Both the position numbers and the translations under genes were made by a program. From the NCBI GenBank assembly GCA_000934665.2, contig JYFJ02001929.1, forward strand, positions 46,384 to 66,383: a stretch of DNA of 20,000 bases, in the 5' to 3' direction. The notes under the pieces are model-generated. The model saw only the letters and a list, made by a program, of their open reading frames with translations, was not told where the DNA came from and made no database searches. This document shows positions 1 to 10,176 of the stretch, piece by piece (positions within the stretch are counted from its first letter, which is position 1; the number at the start of each line of letters is the position of its first letter). Origin of the DNA: Catajapyx aquilonaris (Eukaryota).

Positions 1-263
1 CGTGCAAATAATGTTTTGACAAAGTTTTCGGATGACGGACGAGAGAATCGACTTCGGATTGATGCAACATGCAGTTTCATTCGCAGGATTTATTTTTCCA
101 GCCCAACCGCATGTCCGTTGTTTGTGAAGTGCAATCATACTTTTAAAAAAATTGTGTCACTCCATTTTTGCCACATGAATTCACACGATATATTGGAGTA
201 AATATTGAGCTGTGTTGCTGACCAAAGCGTTCAAGGATCAGGCATTTCAAACTTGACCTCCAG

Positions 264-521
264 ACCCCTACAAGCCAGCCGGCCCTTCTGTTCAGCTTCA
301 TGAACCCCCTGGCAGTGGAAATATGGCTGTACGTGCTGGCAGCCTACATCCTGGTCTCCTTCACCCTCTTTGTGATGGCCCGATTTTCCCCATACGAGTG
401 GAACAACCCCCATCCGCCAAGGGAGGAACCTCCAATGGTCGAGAACCAGTTCTCCATCTCGAACAGTTTCTGGTTCATCACTGGTACATTTCTCAGGCAG
501 GGCTCAGGACTCAACCCGAAG
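264..521 (+). CDS. Grik: Pore exon A (pre-M1, M1, M2; R at Q/R site), 86 codons
   Basis: Acceptor cag at 261-263, donor GTCAGG at 522, 258 nt, phase 0/0. Translation [21 protein letters not shown]...[18 protein letters not shown]. Confidence 0.93.
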
Positions 522-2973
522 GTCAGGTTGATTCTCACAACCCAATATGACTGCTGGAGGAAGGAGGTTTTAAGAGGACTCGTACTGGGGGAGACCACTC
601 TTATGTCTTATGATCATGTGTCCGGGGGTCATTTTCCTTCTATTTTTCTATTTTTTTGGACATTTTTAGGTCCCTCAGAGCATGCCCCGTCGTCTGTTCT
701 CGTTCATGACCCCCCTTGCGACAGAGATCTGGGCCTACATCGTGGCCGCCTACCTGACAGTGTCCGTCACCATTTGGGTGGTGGCCAGGTTCTCCCCCTA
801 CGAGTGGACAGAGCCCCCTCACACCAGTGACCCCTGCCTGATGACCCCTTCCCCGTCAGACACCACTCAACCCGTCAACAACTTCACCCTTTCCAACTGC
901 TTCTGGTTCACCATGGAAACTCTCCTACAACAAGGATCCGGAATCTACCCGAAGGTACCATAGAGTTGGAATCTCGTCATGTGCCACCTGAATCTTCAAC
1001 ATTTAAAGATATAACATTGCTCAAAATGATTAGGCTGGAACATCCTGTTATACATTTTTTATCGGTGGCCTCACGAGTGAAAATAAGCACCATTATTAAA
1101 CGATTACATCGCAGGTGAATCCAGTCGTGAAAAATATTTAGATTCATCATCATTGGCGTGGGATGCCCCCTGAACTTAATGATTCCTGTACCGTAGAGGA
1201 ATTCAAAAATAAGCACCGAAATTTAATTTCATTCACTTACCCCAATGTTACTTCATTCTACTACTGTTATGTCTATCGGTCTCTTTTTTTATTTTAATGA
1301 AGTGCAGGATAGAAACAATCTAAATCATTGGCATACGGATTACACTCACAGATTGAGCTTTCACAACCATAACCTTTTTGATGCGTTTAATGTGTTTTGA
1401 GCTACAAAACTCCCCATCAATGGCTTCAAGGCTAATGCGACCAGTGACTGCCGTTTACTTTTACATCTTTTCCAACAATGGTGCTTATTTTCAAAACTCT
1501 ATGGTACATGAAATCCTTGTAGCTACATGTAGTTTCACAAGCTTTTCCCTTGCATTAGTTTAATTTAATCAGTAATAATAACCCATCACCAATCATCGAT
1601 CGTCTATGATTTAAAAAAACAGGCAGCTTCCACACGGATAGTTGGCGGAATCTGGTGGTTCTTCACTCTGATCATAATATCTTCATACACGGCGAACCTG
1701 GCAGCCTTTCTGACTGTGGAGAGGATGATCACTCCCATAGAGAGCGCGGAGGATCTCGCGGATCAAAGCGAAATACCGTACGGCACCTTGGAGAGTGGAT
1801 CGACCATGACCTTCTTCAGGGTGAGTCTATTCCAGTCAAAAGATCAACAACTTGTGGAATGACACTCGTTTCGTAGGACTCGAAGATCGAGACGTACCAG
1901 AAGATGTGGCGGTACATGGAGAGCCGAGAGCCAGGCGTGTTTGTGTCCACATATGAGGAAGGTGTGAAGAGAGTCCTGAGGGGAAACTACGCCTTCCTGA
2001 TGGAGTCGACGATGCTCGATTATGTGGTGCAACGAGATTGCAACCTGACACAAGTCGGTGGACTTCTCGATTCCAAAGGATACGGGATCGCCACTCCTAA
2101 AGGTACATTTCTAATAATCCATCCTACAAAATGTGTTCAACCTATGACAATATTCAGGTTCGCCATGGAGAGACAAGATATCTCTGGCCATACTAGAGCT
2201 TCAAGAAAAAGGGACCATTCAAATCCTGTACAATAAGTGGTGGAAGAACACTGCTGACGTGTGCAACCGAGAGGAAAAGGGAAAGGAATCAAAAGCCAGT
2301 GCACTGGGCATTGAAAACGTCGGTATGTAACTACGATGCATTGCCATCAATTGTGGTCATGTCACTTCTTTAACACGCTTTGTTACATCTCAGGAGGCGT
2401 TTTTGTGGTGCTGTTGTGCGGACTGGCTCTGGCCATAGTGGTGGCCATTTGTGAATTTTGCCTCAACTCGAGGAAAAACGCCAAAACAGACCATGTAAGT
2501 AAACTCATCCGAGAGTGAAACTACAGCATGAGGCATAAGCACAAAAAATATTGCAACAACACAAACCAATCTCCGGGAGTGCTAGTGACTTCTTGCTTTA
2601 AATGATCCTGTAATTTACTATCAGAGCTCTCAGCAGTAAGAACAACAAAATGATTTCAGAAATCAATATGCTCCGAAATGGCCCAGGAACTTCGCCTGGT
2701 GCTCCACTGCTCATCAAAAGCATCTCGAAAGAAGTCTGATCTCAAGAGATCATGTTCCAGATGCTCTCCCAGCACTTACATGCCCGCCTCACTTGATCTA
2801 CATCAGCTTAATAGGGTGCCGGTAAGTTACATGTTACGAGCGAAATTAAATATCTTGTTTAAAATAATCTAAGTCGCATCTCTTTCTTCTTTGCGTACAT
2901 ATAGGAAAACGGGATCATACCAATGATAGAGTTGGACAAATCTCCGGTGATGAGATTCGGAATGGATCAGTGA
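264..2973 (+). CDS. Grik: Kainate-type ionotropic glutamate receptor subunit (CG11155-like), 3' portion. Spliced CDS: [264-521 OR 670-954], 1623-1820, 1877-2102, 2158-2322, 2394-2494, 2660-2821, 2905-2973. The 5' exons lie upstream of the window.
   Basis: Manual splicing at GT-AG sites gives one continuous frame with iGluR hallmarks: LFSFMNPL-M1, ARFSPYEW, M2 pore FWF..G.FLRQGS, M3 [16 protein letters not shown]2 [13 protein letters not shown] and [30 protein letters not shown]4 [14 protein letters not shown]. Clade assignment is from recalled similarity, not a search. Confidence 0.95.
551..632 (+). promoter_or_regulatory. Intronic element complementary to both flanking duplicated exons (candidate docking or editing-complementary sequence)
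   Basis: 578-594 pairs with 384-399 (exon A) or 791-805 (exon B). 624-632 pairs with 300-309 or 706-714. Further colinear helices are present. Function is inferred. Confidence 0.5.
670..954 (+). CDS. Grik: Pore exon B, a paralogous duplicate of exon A (Q at Q/R site), 95 codons; putative mutually exclusive alternative
   Basis: Long pyrimidine tract 633-667, AG at 668-669, donor GTACCA at 955, 285 nt, phase 0/0. Translation [21 protein letters not shown]...[18 protein letters not shown] aligns end to end with exon A. Confidence 0.88.
1623..1820 (+). CDS. Grik: Exon: M3 (SYTANLAAF gate) and start of S2
   Basis: cag at 1620-1622, GTGAGT at 1821, 198 nt. [66 protein letters not shown]. Confidence 0.95.
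1877..2102 (+). CDS. Grik: Exon: S2 ligand-binding lobe
   Basis: tag at 1874-1876, GTACAT at 2103. [18 protein letters not shown]...[12 protein letters not shown]...[15 protein letters not shown]. Confidence 0.95.
2158..2322 (+). CDS. Grik: Exon: end of S2 and S2-M4 linker
   Basis: cag at 2155-2157, GTATGT at 2323, phase 1/1. (G)[54 protein letters not shown]. Confidence 0.95.
2394..2494 (+). CDS. Grik: Exon: M4
   Basis: cag at 2391-2393, GTAAGT at 2495. (G)[33 protein letters not shown]. Confidence 0.93.
2660..2821 (+). CDS. Grik: Exon: cytoplasmic C-terminal tail
   Basis: tttcag ending 2659, GTAAGT at 2822, 162 nt in frame. [17 protein letters not shown]...[14 protein letters not shown]...RVP resembles the S-x-CSEMAxELR tail of this clade. 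Confidence 0.88.
2905..2973 (+). CDS. Grik: Terminal coding exon ([22 protein letters not shown])
   Basis: Pyrimidine tract 2879-2892, tag ending 2904, in frame with the phase-0 donor at 2821, TGA at 2971-2973, polyA signal downstream. The peptide itself has no diagnostic motif. Confidence 0.7.
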   Translation, partial: ENGIIPMIELDKSPVMRFGMDQ

Positions 2974-3164
2974 TGGTGATCCAGATGGATTGAACCACAT
3001 TGCAGCTGAGAAAAGCCAAAGCCTTAAAGTCTGTGATATAACCACCAACCAAAAAGAAACCATTGAAACGGCGAATGCTGCTCACTCATCGCTATCTTTT
3101 TAAAAACTTTTCTATTGTAAGCCCACTTGCATACACTTGTGGGACCGTGACATGTCAGTGTTTT

Positions 3165-3170
3165 AATAAA
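3165..3170 (+). terminator. Polyadenylation signal AATAAA of receptor gene 1
   Basis: Canonical hexamer about 190 nt after the stop codon, followed by U/GU-rich sequence (3182-3226). Confidence 0.65.
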
Positions 3171-3730
3171 GAACGCAGTTATTTTTATTACTAACATTAT
3201 TGTGTAATTCGTTAGGGTTTTTCTGGTCAATTTTTTAAATTATGCCCTACTGTTATAAACCGTAAGGGAACAGCTGACGAAAGCTTCTGTCAGACCTTGT
3301 GAAAATATAATCCAAATTACGTATTTGTTTATCAGAAAAAAGCAATCAAACTGTTATTCGTATAATTGATTCTGACCAGAATCAGACAAAATATTGATGA
3401 TTTCATAACACGGAGAATTGAAGGCCCGATACTTATAAAGGCCAACCTTGAATGCAATGAGCATCCTCTGAACCTTCAACTCCGCGAAATCCAATCCTTT
3501 TCCAAGATCCGATTAGAGCGTTTCCGCCGGTGCTCAAGTACCCGCGATTTAATTAGTCAATGCGCCCCGTACAGTAATATCCAAGGCCTGAAAGGCTAAG
3601 GCCCCCATTTACAGCCAAATCTTCATAAGGATCGTGTTAAGAAACACGTTTAACTGGGATGCGTTGGTAATTAAACAAGACAGAAACTGTCGGAATTGCA
3701 ATGTATACGTTTCATACCAGGCTTACGGTA

Positions 3731-3883
3731 CAGGGTAGCTTAAATTCCAACGAGACAGGTAAAGTTCTCAAAGAGATTACACTGTCTTAATCTACACATA
3801 TTTATCAATTTCTCTTATATATGAAAAATTATTTTAAATATCAAAATTAAAGTGGGGCCAAAGTTTCTTGCTGAACCACCCTG
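3731..3883. mobile_element. Probable Tc1/mariner-type MITE relic (153 bp)
   Basis: Ends CAGGGTAGCTTA and (reverse complement) CAGGGTGGTTCA match 9/12. Both are flanked by TA (3729-3730, 3884-3885) and the interior is AT-rich. TA|CAG ends are typical of Tc1/mariner. Inverted similarity does not extend further. Confidence 0.4.
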
Positions 3884-6800
3884 TACAAAATTGCTTCAAT
3901 TGGATGCCCAACTGCGGATTGGATCGAATTTCATTAACGAGTAGCGCTCAAGTTTTGCGAATCGCGAATCTTCGCAAAAGTTTTCCAAAAGTTGGAAGGT
4001 GCATTTCCCTGGCTGGAAAACAAGCAGCGAGGAAATGCAACCAAGTGTAGCAAAAGCGAGCAAAAGTCCGGCAGTGGAATGAAAATGGGGGGTCCCAGCA
4101 GTGTTCCCCCCCCCCCTTCCCCTCTTTTCCAGCAGGGTTGGAAGAGAGAAGTGGACCGAGCGAGTGATGCTGGGGCTGGACCGAAAAACCTTTCATCTTT
4201 TGGCAGCAACGGAACCGAAAGGATCAGCAACGACTCCAGCTTCCGCTTCCCATCCCAAATCATTGGCTTCCAATTCAAAAGAGACTTAGTTGCTCGACTT
4301 ACGAGCCGGAACTAATTGGCTGCTGGACGGAGAAACTTCTGTCTCTGTGACAAAGTGTGAGCAGAATTCAAACAAAAAAAAATCCCTTAATGACTCGTCG
4401 TTTCAACGCCAATTAAGAGTAAAAATTTTCAACTGAGATTCTAAATTATTTGAGATTTTCATATATAAGCTGTGAATATTCGCATAGTCTGACATTTACT
4501 TTAAATGTGTTGTTATAGTGTGTTTAGATTTCAATCACATCCACAGACTGTTGCACGCGATTTTCAGAGCGAAAGCGCTTGGCAGTTCCATTTAATTAAT
4601 GTTGGTGAATGAACGGAGCAATATGCATGATTAAATCTGTACAGTGCAACCTACCTGTACGACCAGTTCATTTCAGTATTGCGAGCAATTAGTTCTTGGA
4701 GTGAAGACCATTTACATTAAGGTTGGTATCCATTAAAGACATCACAATTAGAAGGTGTATATGTATGTTTTTTAAATGATTTATTTAGGACCGTCTCTGT
4801 ATTGCTGTGCCAGTTACAGTCATAGCCCATTAATGTGCCATTTTAATATGCATTGAAACTGAAGAAGAAAAGCAAACGTCTCGGATTACGACCTTCTTTA
4901 CGGCAGTTCATTTCTTCTGCCCCGGGAAAACAATGGTGCTAAAGAAACCCTATGTCTTCAGTAATTAAAAGAAAACATGGGCTGACCGCAATACGAAAGT
5001 CATCATTGGTACCATCAGCTTGGAGCAGTTTCGATTGTGAACCAAGCTAGATGAGAGAGGAAAAAAATAAGAGTTCTCTGCAGGAAGGAGCGTCATTCGG
5101 ATTGAACACTTGGAGAGTAATGTGGGCACTTCGGAGCATCGAGAGAGAAACGTCCCTTAAAATACCGCTTAATTACTCTATTACCATCCAGTCGTTTACG
5201 CGGATTTAAGGAGGCAAAAATGGCTCCATTCAATCCAACTTAATTGCTCCTATGCGCCACTCTCTTTTTTATATTATATATTTTTTCTCTGGGAGTCTCC
5301 GATTTATAGCTGATTTAATCGCCACCAGTTAACGTCCTGGAAATCCATAAAATCACTGAATTTGTTGGGTCACATATTCACACTCTAATGACCTTCACTT
5401 TTACATTTAGCAAAACTTGGCAACACTGCCTTGCCCACACTGGATATGTAGTACCACATGCCTCACATACATGGCACATCCTTCCTCTCTGAACAAAATA
5501 AGAAAATTTTATGCTCATTACATAAGAGGTACGTTTTATGAATCTGTTCAGTACTTAATATGCATAAAGTGAAGGAATCAATAAGCCTGGTTTTCCCTTC
5601 ATCAGCAGTTGTTGCAATCTAACTTAGAAAGATCCTCTGATTGAAAGTGCTTTTTTTATTCAAATAAAGGGGAAACCGGCAGACAGCGGTGTACTTAAAG
5701 GTCGAGGTATACGTTAGCAGCAAAGTTCTTCGCATAGTATAACGAAGGCCTCAAGCAAAATCCTTTCTAGAGATAAGCCGTCAAAGACAGTCAAAATTTG
5801 GGCAGACATAACTAATATTCTTATAAGGTTGTTCCAACCACCGCAGGCCAAAATAATAAAGCTATTTTAAAAAATTTATTGTAATTTCGTAATTTTCCAT
5901 AACTTTTGCTAGAATATTTTACTAACGAGAAACCTCAAACTGAGCTTCTGAGTTTGTTCTGGTCCAGATATATTCCTCTTTCCAAAATCCCATGGCCAAG
6001 TCTTCCTGGCGGCCACAATGCAACTGGAATGTCAATGGCTCAGAGGTCCACACACCAAGGAAGCCCACGACTCCCTTCCACTATGGAAACCTGCAAAAAC
6101 CCGCACCATAAGTACGCCCGAGGGAGAGCTAAAAATCAACAAGAGTTTCGGGAGGGTTATGGCATTCACTTTGAAACTTTTCATTCCGATACGGTTTTTT
6201 TTTGCAAAAAAATAAGACCAAGTTTTAGATGTAGCAGATCTGCACGTGAAAAATAAATCCAGAAGAATCCACTGTGCATTACAGATTATTACATATCTTC
6301 CAGCATGTTGAATCCTACATACAACGGAATGAAATTTTCTGACATACTTTCCATAAAATTAAAAGGATTTTACTGTATGTGTTTTAGTCACATTGAGATC
6401 AACTATCAGATGATGAAACTAACAAAGTGAAAGCAAAAACAATCGATTTGTTAAGTCCTCTGTTAGTAATCCAATAATAACATTAGGTTCCAATTATTAT
6501 TTTAATGGAATTAAGCAAACGAGAGGACTGACTCGTCCCTTGCACACGACAAGTTCAATGCAGGTCTGACAAATCCTTGTCTTTTCTGACTCGAATGTCA
6601 ATTACCACTTCCCTTTCATGCCATTCCGGATGACAGCAGGCGAATGTTGAGTAAATGAGGTGTAAATAAGCGAACCCCCCCGTCAGCATTTCCATGCGTT
6701 GAAGAGCACTTGTACGTTGATAAAATTTGAAATTGCGAACTTTCATTTCCAAAAAAAAACCCGCACACATAATGCAAGGTATGTGAGAGCATAAATATTC

Positions 6801-9800
6801 CAGCAGGCGTTAACCAGCTCAGAAGCTCAAAATTTACGACATCTCCTGAATCGTCAACCGCGAGGTGACGAATTACATGAGCTCGTAATTAAGCCATAAA
6901 ATGGGATATAGAAGGGAGTGGCATAGAACAGACCAGTGTAGGCCCCAGAAGTTCATTATCGGCATTGCCATGAAATATACAGGTCCGTAAATTATATTAA
7001 GGCTCGCAGTGTACATTACGGTTTCAAAAAAAAATTGTATAAATCAGAGGGCTATCGATTACGTTGCTGTATAAAGCTTCGAACGTGTGGATTTCACGTT
7101 CATTTTTCAGCAGCCCCGTCATTGAAAAATTATCGCTTCACACGTAAATCCATTCCCCCTTCACATAATCACCTTCACAATGCCATTAGAAGAGGCGACA
7201 TTGCCTTTTATAGCCCAAGCGGCAAAATGATAAACATGTTAAGTTTGGAGCGATTAAAACCCTAAAATGAAGCTTCTACTTCTACAGAAAAAAATAGTCT
7301 TGTTTACCTCACGCAACTCAGGATTTTACCACACTGTTTCACGCCTTGTCCATTAGAGAAACTTTACGACCGCTTTTCGTCCGGGTGTTTAATAACTTTG
7401 TACCTGCTGTTATAGCATGGAAATGGTACGTCACGCTGCAATTAAAAAGCGTTTAGTGGCTGGCTGGGATCTCCTCGCTTCAGCTACCAACCGGCTTAAT
7501 TTCCTCACCGACAACCAGCCAGATGAAGCCATTTACACTTCCTAGAACCAGCTTCCGAGAGCATTTTGGTAAGGTTAAGAAGGCCAGGTTTATTAAGAGG
7601 TCTCCACACGCACTCTTACGTCAGAAATTAATTACGATCCGATTGCAATTTATCCAGTAAGTACTGCTGTCAACAACTTGCTTCACCTCCATTATAAAGA
7701 GGAAAAAACATTTGTGATAATGCGTTTGGCGCCTTTACAAAAACAAGGATGATGAGTTCTCTTCTATAGTGATCCGAGAAAACAAAAATTGCAAAAGTTT
7801 CTCACAAAATGAAGCAAAAGGGATTAGCTTTTCACGTAAATGTTATAAAAACGATCGATGCTTTAATTAAAGCCCTAGGAGCAACTTTTTCCCCTCCCAT
7901 TCCCAAATTATTCAAGAGCAATTTCAAGCCAAGCTCCAATCGTTGCTGGAAAAGGTGGCAAAGGCAAAAAAAACGGTTTACTAACTTGGCTTAAACAACA
8001 TGTTAACATTGATAATTTTATCAGTTAGTATTACCGTTAGTATTATAATTTCAATGACTTTATTTCCATTGGACTTGCCAAAAAAGTAGCCAATATCGTT
8101 CCCTAAGGTGAAATCAATACCCAGTGGAAATGGGTGTGGAAGAGAGCGATCCACTTAACCCACCCTTCTACACCCCAATCCCTGCTTGAAATTTAATGTG
8201 TCCAGTGGACTTGGACCTTTCATCTCTTCCCCCATGCTTCTGATGTCATTTTTCGGACACTCAATCGGAGTCAGGGGCTGTCTGGCCGCAGGATAACAGT
8301 CTCAACAATTTTTATTGAACAAAAGGTCTCCTTTCATCCTCCCCATTTGCACAAGAAGACAACCCGGGCCCCTTCAACAATCCAACCCAATCACTCTCCA
8401 TAATCCAGCTGGGGGTCCAAATCAGCAAAAGTGTTATTTCCAAGCCCTAGAAGCTGGGGGAGAGGAAGAAGCGCGGTAAAATCAAATAAAAGGCAAGCTT
8501 TGATCTTGTCCCACAGAAAAAGAGAAGGCTTTTTCACTCTTCATTCTGTATATCTAGCTGTGTGATCCTATGTTTGTGAGTCACGTGCTGAGAGTCAGAT
8601 ATTGCTTCTGAAATAGAGGCTGTTGAGGCAAAGCTGAACTTATGGCACACCTTGTATATCACGTAGCAGCGATTGGTAGAAAATAAATCCTTGCTAATGG
8701 AAACTGCCAGCAACCTTGGTCCCAATCCCAAGGGCATCGATTCCCCCAATTAATGGGATTGGGCTTGGTGTATATATGGGCCAATGGGCGTGGGAATAAT
8801 ATTATAGGAAACAGACTGAAGGAGACAGACAAACGGCCATCTTTTAATTACAACCCAGATTATTAATATCGGGTGAGCAACAAAGGTGTTTTCAGCTACA
8901 AAGTAACCAAAGTAAGTTGATGGAATGTTGATCTTTCCCTTTAACGCAACAACCAGATCTAAGAGGGGATGATCAAAGAGACCTCAAAAGCGAAAACATA
9001 ATTAGTTTCAGATGAAATTCCAATTTGTGGTGTGCCTTAGAAAAGCCAGGATTATCCTTCAGTCCTACCTGCACCTCCTATTATTCATTCAGTCCACATT
9101 TTTTTTCGCCAAGCAAGAAAATCTATCCACCGAAAACAAGAGCGATTTGTTCGGCAATCCCTTTTCCATCAAAGCCCTAACCGTACACCCAAATTGTTAT
9201 TTTATCCCCTTCGAACATCGTTGTATGTTGTGCGTGTGTGTACACATTGGGAGAAAACTCCCCAAAGGCTGATGCTCACCCACTATGAACCGGAGCATTA
9301 TTCATGCAATGATCCTCTTTGTACTGTCCATATTTGATTGTGTGTTGTTTGTCTTTGTTTGAATAACTGATGCGGTCTGTTTCTCCCTTCGGGTTACACC
9401 CGAATTCTGTCGACTGTGTGTCCAGTATGGGGCAAACAGCGCATTATTGCATTTTATTCTCAATTTTGGACCATGTTTAAAATATCTTTCATGTCCTTCT
9501 CTCCAAGTGTTTGTATACTTGTACAATGCAGTGGGTTTCTGAGTGACAATGAACAGAATAAAGTGTCACCAGCACCAGTTAGAGAAGGTGGTGGACGGAA
9601 CAAGGTGGTAATTGACCCGTCAGTGGACTCAACATATCTGACCGCGACCAATTAACACCGCCATAATTAAATCTCAGTAATGTCTGGCATGTCTAGAGAT
9701 TTTTTTGTGGATATGTCGCCTCAAAAAAATGAAGGCTCTTTCTCTCGCTTTAGAAAAAAAAGCGTGAATATATCTCCTGAAAAGCGAAGCAGGCAGCATG

Positions 9801-10070
9801 AAGGAGATGATGTCAATTACAACCCATTATAAGCTGAGAGAGACCCGTCTTTGCCACGAACACTCGCCAATTTCCGACGAAGGTTTATCAAGGCTCTGAC
9901 GCTAATGACTTTTTTTTTCTCTCGCTCGCTCGTCGCAAGAAATCCGTTGCGTCAACTGTGCAAGAAGTCTGTTGATTAGCTCTCGCTTCCGCCTTGGAAC
10001 TTGATCTGCCTTGTTCAGAATCACATGCTTTACATTCGTATAAAAACTGTTCTAATTATTCACATTTTTT

Positions 10071-10176
10071 CCTTGCCTACCCTTACCATACCTTACTTAA
10101 CCTTCCCTAACCTAATCTGACCTAACCTAACCTAACCTAACCTAACCTGACGTAACCCTAACCTTTGAACCTAACC
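10071..10176. repeat. Interstitial telomere-like (CCTAA)n / (TTAGG)n pentamer array
   Basis: About 20 pentamer units: perfect (CCTAA)5 at 10121-10145, with degenerate units (CCTTA, CCATA, CCTGA, CGTAA) on both sides. Confidence 0.9.

Noticed and set aside
511..542. Small competing hairpins around exon A's donor (TCAACC/GGTTGA, GGTTG/CAACC)
   Set aside because: Stems of only 5-6 bp, expected by chance.
300..830. 176-aa ORF read as a single protein
   Set aside because: Receptor similarity ends at NPK (521), exactly at a GT donor. The remainder is intron read-through plus an off-frame reading of exon B.
670..954. Exon B as part of a separate gene or as a pseudogene
   Set aside because: It lies inside gene 1 between exon A and the only M3 exon, with intact frame, matching phase and both splice sites. 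No other duplicated exons are nearby.
955..1622. A third pore-exon copy, or an editing-complementary sequence for exon B's Q codon
   Set aside because: No LFSFM/SPYEW/QGS-like frame was found. Only short pairings (e.g. 964-971 with 891-898) are visible and they do not cover codon 928-930.
2822..2872. Alternative C-terminus by intron retention ([16 protein letters not shown])
   Set aside because: The donor is a perfect GTAAGT, a short open read-through is unremarkable, and the end does not fit a canonical PDZ-binding class.
8721..8763. 10-bp inverted repeat CCCAATCCCA/TGGGATTGGG (a similar 9-bp one is at 3953-3979)
   Set aside because: Isolated short stems, too short for pre-miRNA, with no target-site duplication or other supporting context.
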